From: a virus
Taxonomy: Duplodnaviria > Caudoviricetes
Length of the DNA stretch: 56,426 nucleotides
Reading direction: 5' to 3' (one strand)
IMG/VR virus record: IMGVR_UViG_3300020408_000007
Coordinates: 1-56,426 of that record
Position numbers and translations under genes: made by a program. Below are positions 54,565 through 56,426 of the stretch, one piece after another. The number at the start of each line of letters is the position of its first letter. The stretch's first letter is position 1. The notes beneath the pieces were generated by a model. The model made no database searches. It worked only from the letters and a program-made list of their open reading frames with translations, and was not told the DNA's origin.

Positions 54565-56426
54565 TATCTCCTGCCATCTTGTCTGACATCTACCCTTGGG
54601 CTACCCAGCTTCCATTTAGACCCTATTGCATCTGATTCTACACGAAGTGCAAAGGAACGTCCACGAACTCTTACATCTAATTGATTTGTAAATTTTTCAA
54701 CAGGAACAGAGGCGGTGCGAATCGCCGGAACCGCTGAACTTTGGTCAAAATCTGCTCCAGGATAATTACGACCTTTTATTGTAAAAGTTGCCTGTGGCGA
54801 AGACAAAGCAACCGAACCATCAAATGTTAAATCAGGAATTACTCTGCTCACATAAGTGAACCTATCCCCGTCACCAATGTCTATGCCTGCAGATTCAATG
54901 AATGAGTTCATGGCGGTGCCGTCGTCGTCATAGCCAAGCTCATGGTTGTAAAGAAAACCATCTGCCGTGGCTAAGGGAAAGAGCCGTGTGCCGCGATCCA
55001 ACCACGCTGTTCTAGAAAGTGTGCCAAAATACCAAACTTTTTCGCTATAATTAAAGGTTACATACTTGTCATTTTCAGAAGCACTTTCAGATGGATAAAA
55101 CCAAATTACCTCACTAAACTCTGTATTCACTCCCACCACTACTTTATTTCGTTCCTCAAGGTTGAAATCCAAAAATACTTTGTCGCGAACAGTGCAAGGT
55201 AGGGTTTGAGTGCGACCGTCATAAACGTAAAAAGTATCAATGCCCATCCAAAAAACAAAATCTTCTGTCGCTGCGGCTGCATTTGGGCTCATAATAGTAA
55301 TATTACTTGAAATTTGTTGAAGACCAAACACGTTTGGCTCCCCTACAAATCTCATTGACGTCAGTGCGGTGTCTGTCCAAACAAGTATTTCACGTTTTGT
55401 TTCAATAGCTTGCATAAAAGTAGATCCTGCACCTAAAGGTAAAGTTCCTGCCGTATTGTTTACAGTCGGGAAAAAATCTGTGGGCAGTTCTCTTGATGAA
55501 AATCTTATTAAAAGCGGGTCTTGTATGCCGTTTCCATTTATGTCAGAAGCACTTGAGCCTATGTCATCTGCGCCAAAAGCAATAACATGACGTTGTGTGT
55601 CTGAAACTAGAACTTGTTTGCATTTAGTAGGAATGCTTGTTCTTGTTCCCGGTCGAGTGTTTAATGGAATTGCACGAGAGGCCAGTGTGCTTGTCCTGTC
55701 CCAATAGTATATTTGGTCATCTCTTGGATTTAATATTAAATCTTCAACAAAGTTATCGTGAGACCATAATCTTATTTGATTACGAGTAGTAACCCCTCCA
55801 GATGCAGCGTCACCCCACCCGGCAAAGTCATTAATTGGGTCAGCATTACCTTTTGCTAACCGCACAATAGAACCGTCAGCGTGAGTTGCAGCTACAGTCG
55901 GGCCAAAAGTATTGACGTTTGAACTTGTTTGAGTACCTGCATACCCTCTTGTGCACCCAGTCAAATCATTTGTAACCGCTGTAATTGTAAAGGTTACGTC
56001 ATTAAGAGGGGTTGCACCACCTAACGTGTTACCAGTTATTGTAATAGTGTCCCCAACTGCGTAACCACTCCCAGCGGTGGTTGCGGTGACTGACGTGTAT
56101 GTTGTTGATCCTGCAACAACAGTAAATTCTGCGCCTGTGCCGCTGCCGCTTGTGCTTGCTTGAGCCTTACCTGTATGCGTGGCTGCTCCAGCCGATCCAC
56201 CAGAGGCTGTTATAGATCCTACTGTTTTGACACCAGTGCTTGATACGCCGCCTACAAGTATAAGCTCATTGTCTATTAAGATTACATCATTGGCAACTAT
56301 ACCAGTTGTGCTAGTCAGTGTAATTGTGGTGTCAGAGGAGCTAAGAGTTCCACCTTCGTTCAAGGTTGTTTGTAAAGCACCAGAAGTAACCCCGTAATAT
56401 TGTCCAGCACCCCAACCTGTACCTCC
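54564..56426 (-). CDS. Tail tubular B / stabilisation protein, 5'-truncated by the window end
   Basis: RLWSHDNF.EDL, LLIRFSS, ILVWTD, GTLSRTAW, DIGDGD, KWKLGSPR; the frame stays open to the window end. Confidence 0.7.
   Translation of the reverse strand, partial: GGTGWGAGQYYGVTSGALQTTLNEGGTLSSSDTTITLTSTTGIVANDVILIDNELILVGGVSSTGVKTVGSITASGGSAGAATHTGKAQASTSGSGTGAEFTVVAGSTTYTSVTATTAGSGYAVGDTITITGNTLGGATPLNDVTFTITAVTNDLTGCTRGYAGTQTSSNVNTFGPTVAATHADGSIVRLAKGNADPINDFAGWGDAASGGVTTRNQIRLWSHDNFVEDLILNPRDDQIYYWDRTSTLASRAIPLNTRPGTRTSIPTKCKQVLVSDTQRHVIAFGADDIGSSASDINGNGIQDPLLIRFSSRELPTDFFPTVNNTAGTLPLGAGSTFMQAIETKREILVWTDTALTSMRFVGEPNVFGLQQISSNITIMSPNAAAATEDFVFWMGIDTFYVYDGRTQTLPCTVRDKVFLDFNLEERNKVVVGVNTEFSEVIWFYPSESASENDKYVTFNYSEKVWYFGTLSRTAWLDRGTRLFPLATADGFLYNHELGYDDDGTAMNSFIESAGIDIGDGDRFTYVSRVIPDLTFDGSVALSSPQATFTIKGRNYPGADFDQSSAVPAIRTASVPVEKFTNQLDVRVRGRSFALRVESDAIGSKWKLGSPRVDVRQDGRR

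Noticed and set aside
1-56426. tRNA genes, integrase/att site, T7-like RNA polymerase, and the many plus-strand ORFs antisense to structural genes
   Set aside because: No cloverleaf or catalytic motifs recognised by eye; the antisense ORFs are shadows of well-supported minus-strand genes.

Overview
The window looks like most of the genome of a marine tailed dsDNA phage with a podovirus-like gene set, probably infecting an alphaproteobacterium (host is inferred, not shown). It is cut inside tail genes at both ends. Most genes are on the minus strand. 1-25.5 kb is structural: a modular tail-tip/C1q array, tail and connector genes, small basic proteins, major capsid protein (MCP), scaffold, GroES, membrane/lysis genes, portal, a large polyvalent protein and TerL. 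25.5-35.2 kb holds non-coding control regions, early genes, TerS, a Mom/XF1762-like protein and an adenine methyltransferase. 35.2-43.4 kb is replication (PolA of the Leu762 type, UvrD-like helicase, primase, SSB-like protein, SNF2 helicase). 43.5-56.4 kb has a GH108 endolysin, internal virion proteins and a tail protein. I saw no integrase, RNA polymerase, reverse transcriptase, tRNA or CRISPR array. The main unexplained signal is a strand-polarised heptad-repeat motif, YCGTG-NN-CCGYG: 9 exact plus-strand copies between 21 and 55 kb regardless of gene direction, and one inverted array in the non-coding region upstream of terL. Other notable signals are a double-pseudoknot RNA candidate after the capsid gene, a shared [MFYL]xxGG motif in virion proteins, two operator families, boxA-like leaders, an iteron-like region and an ATT-initiated gene. 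Family assignments come from motif recognition by eye, not database searches, and counts are manual.
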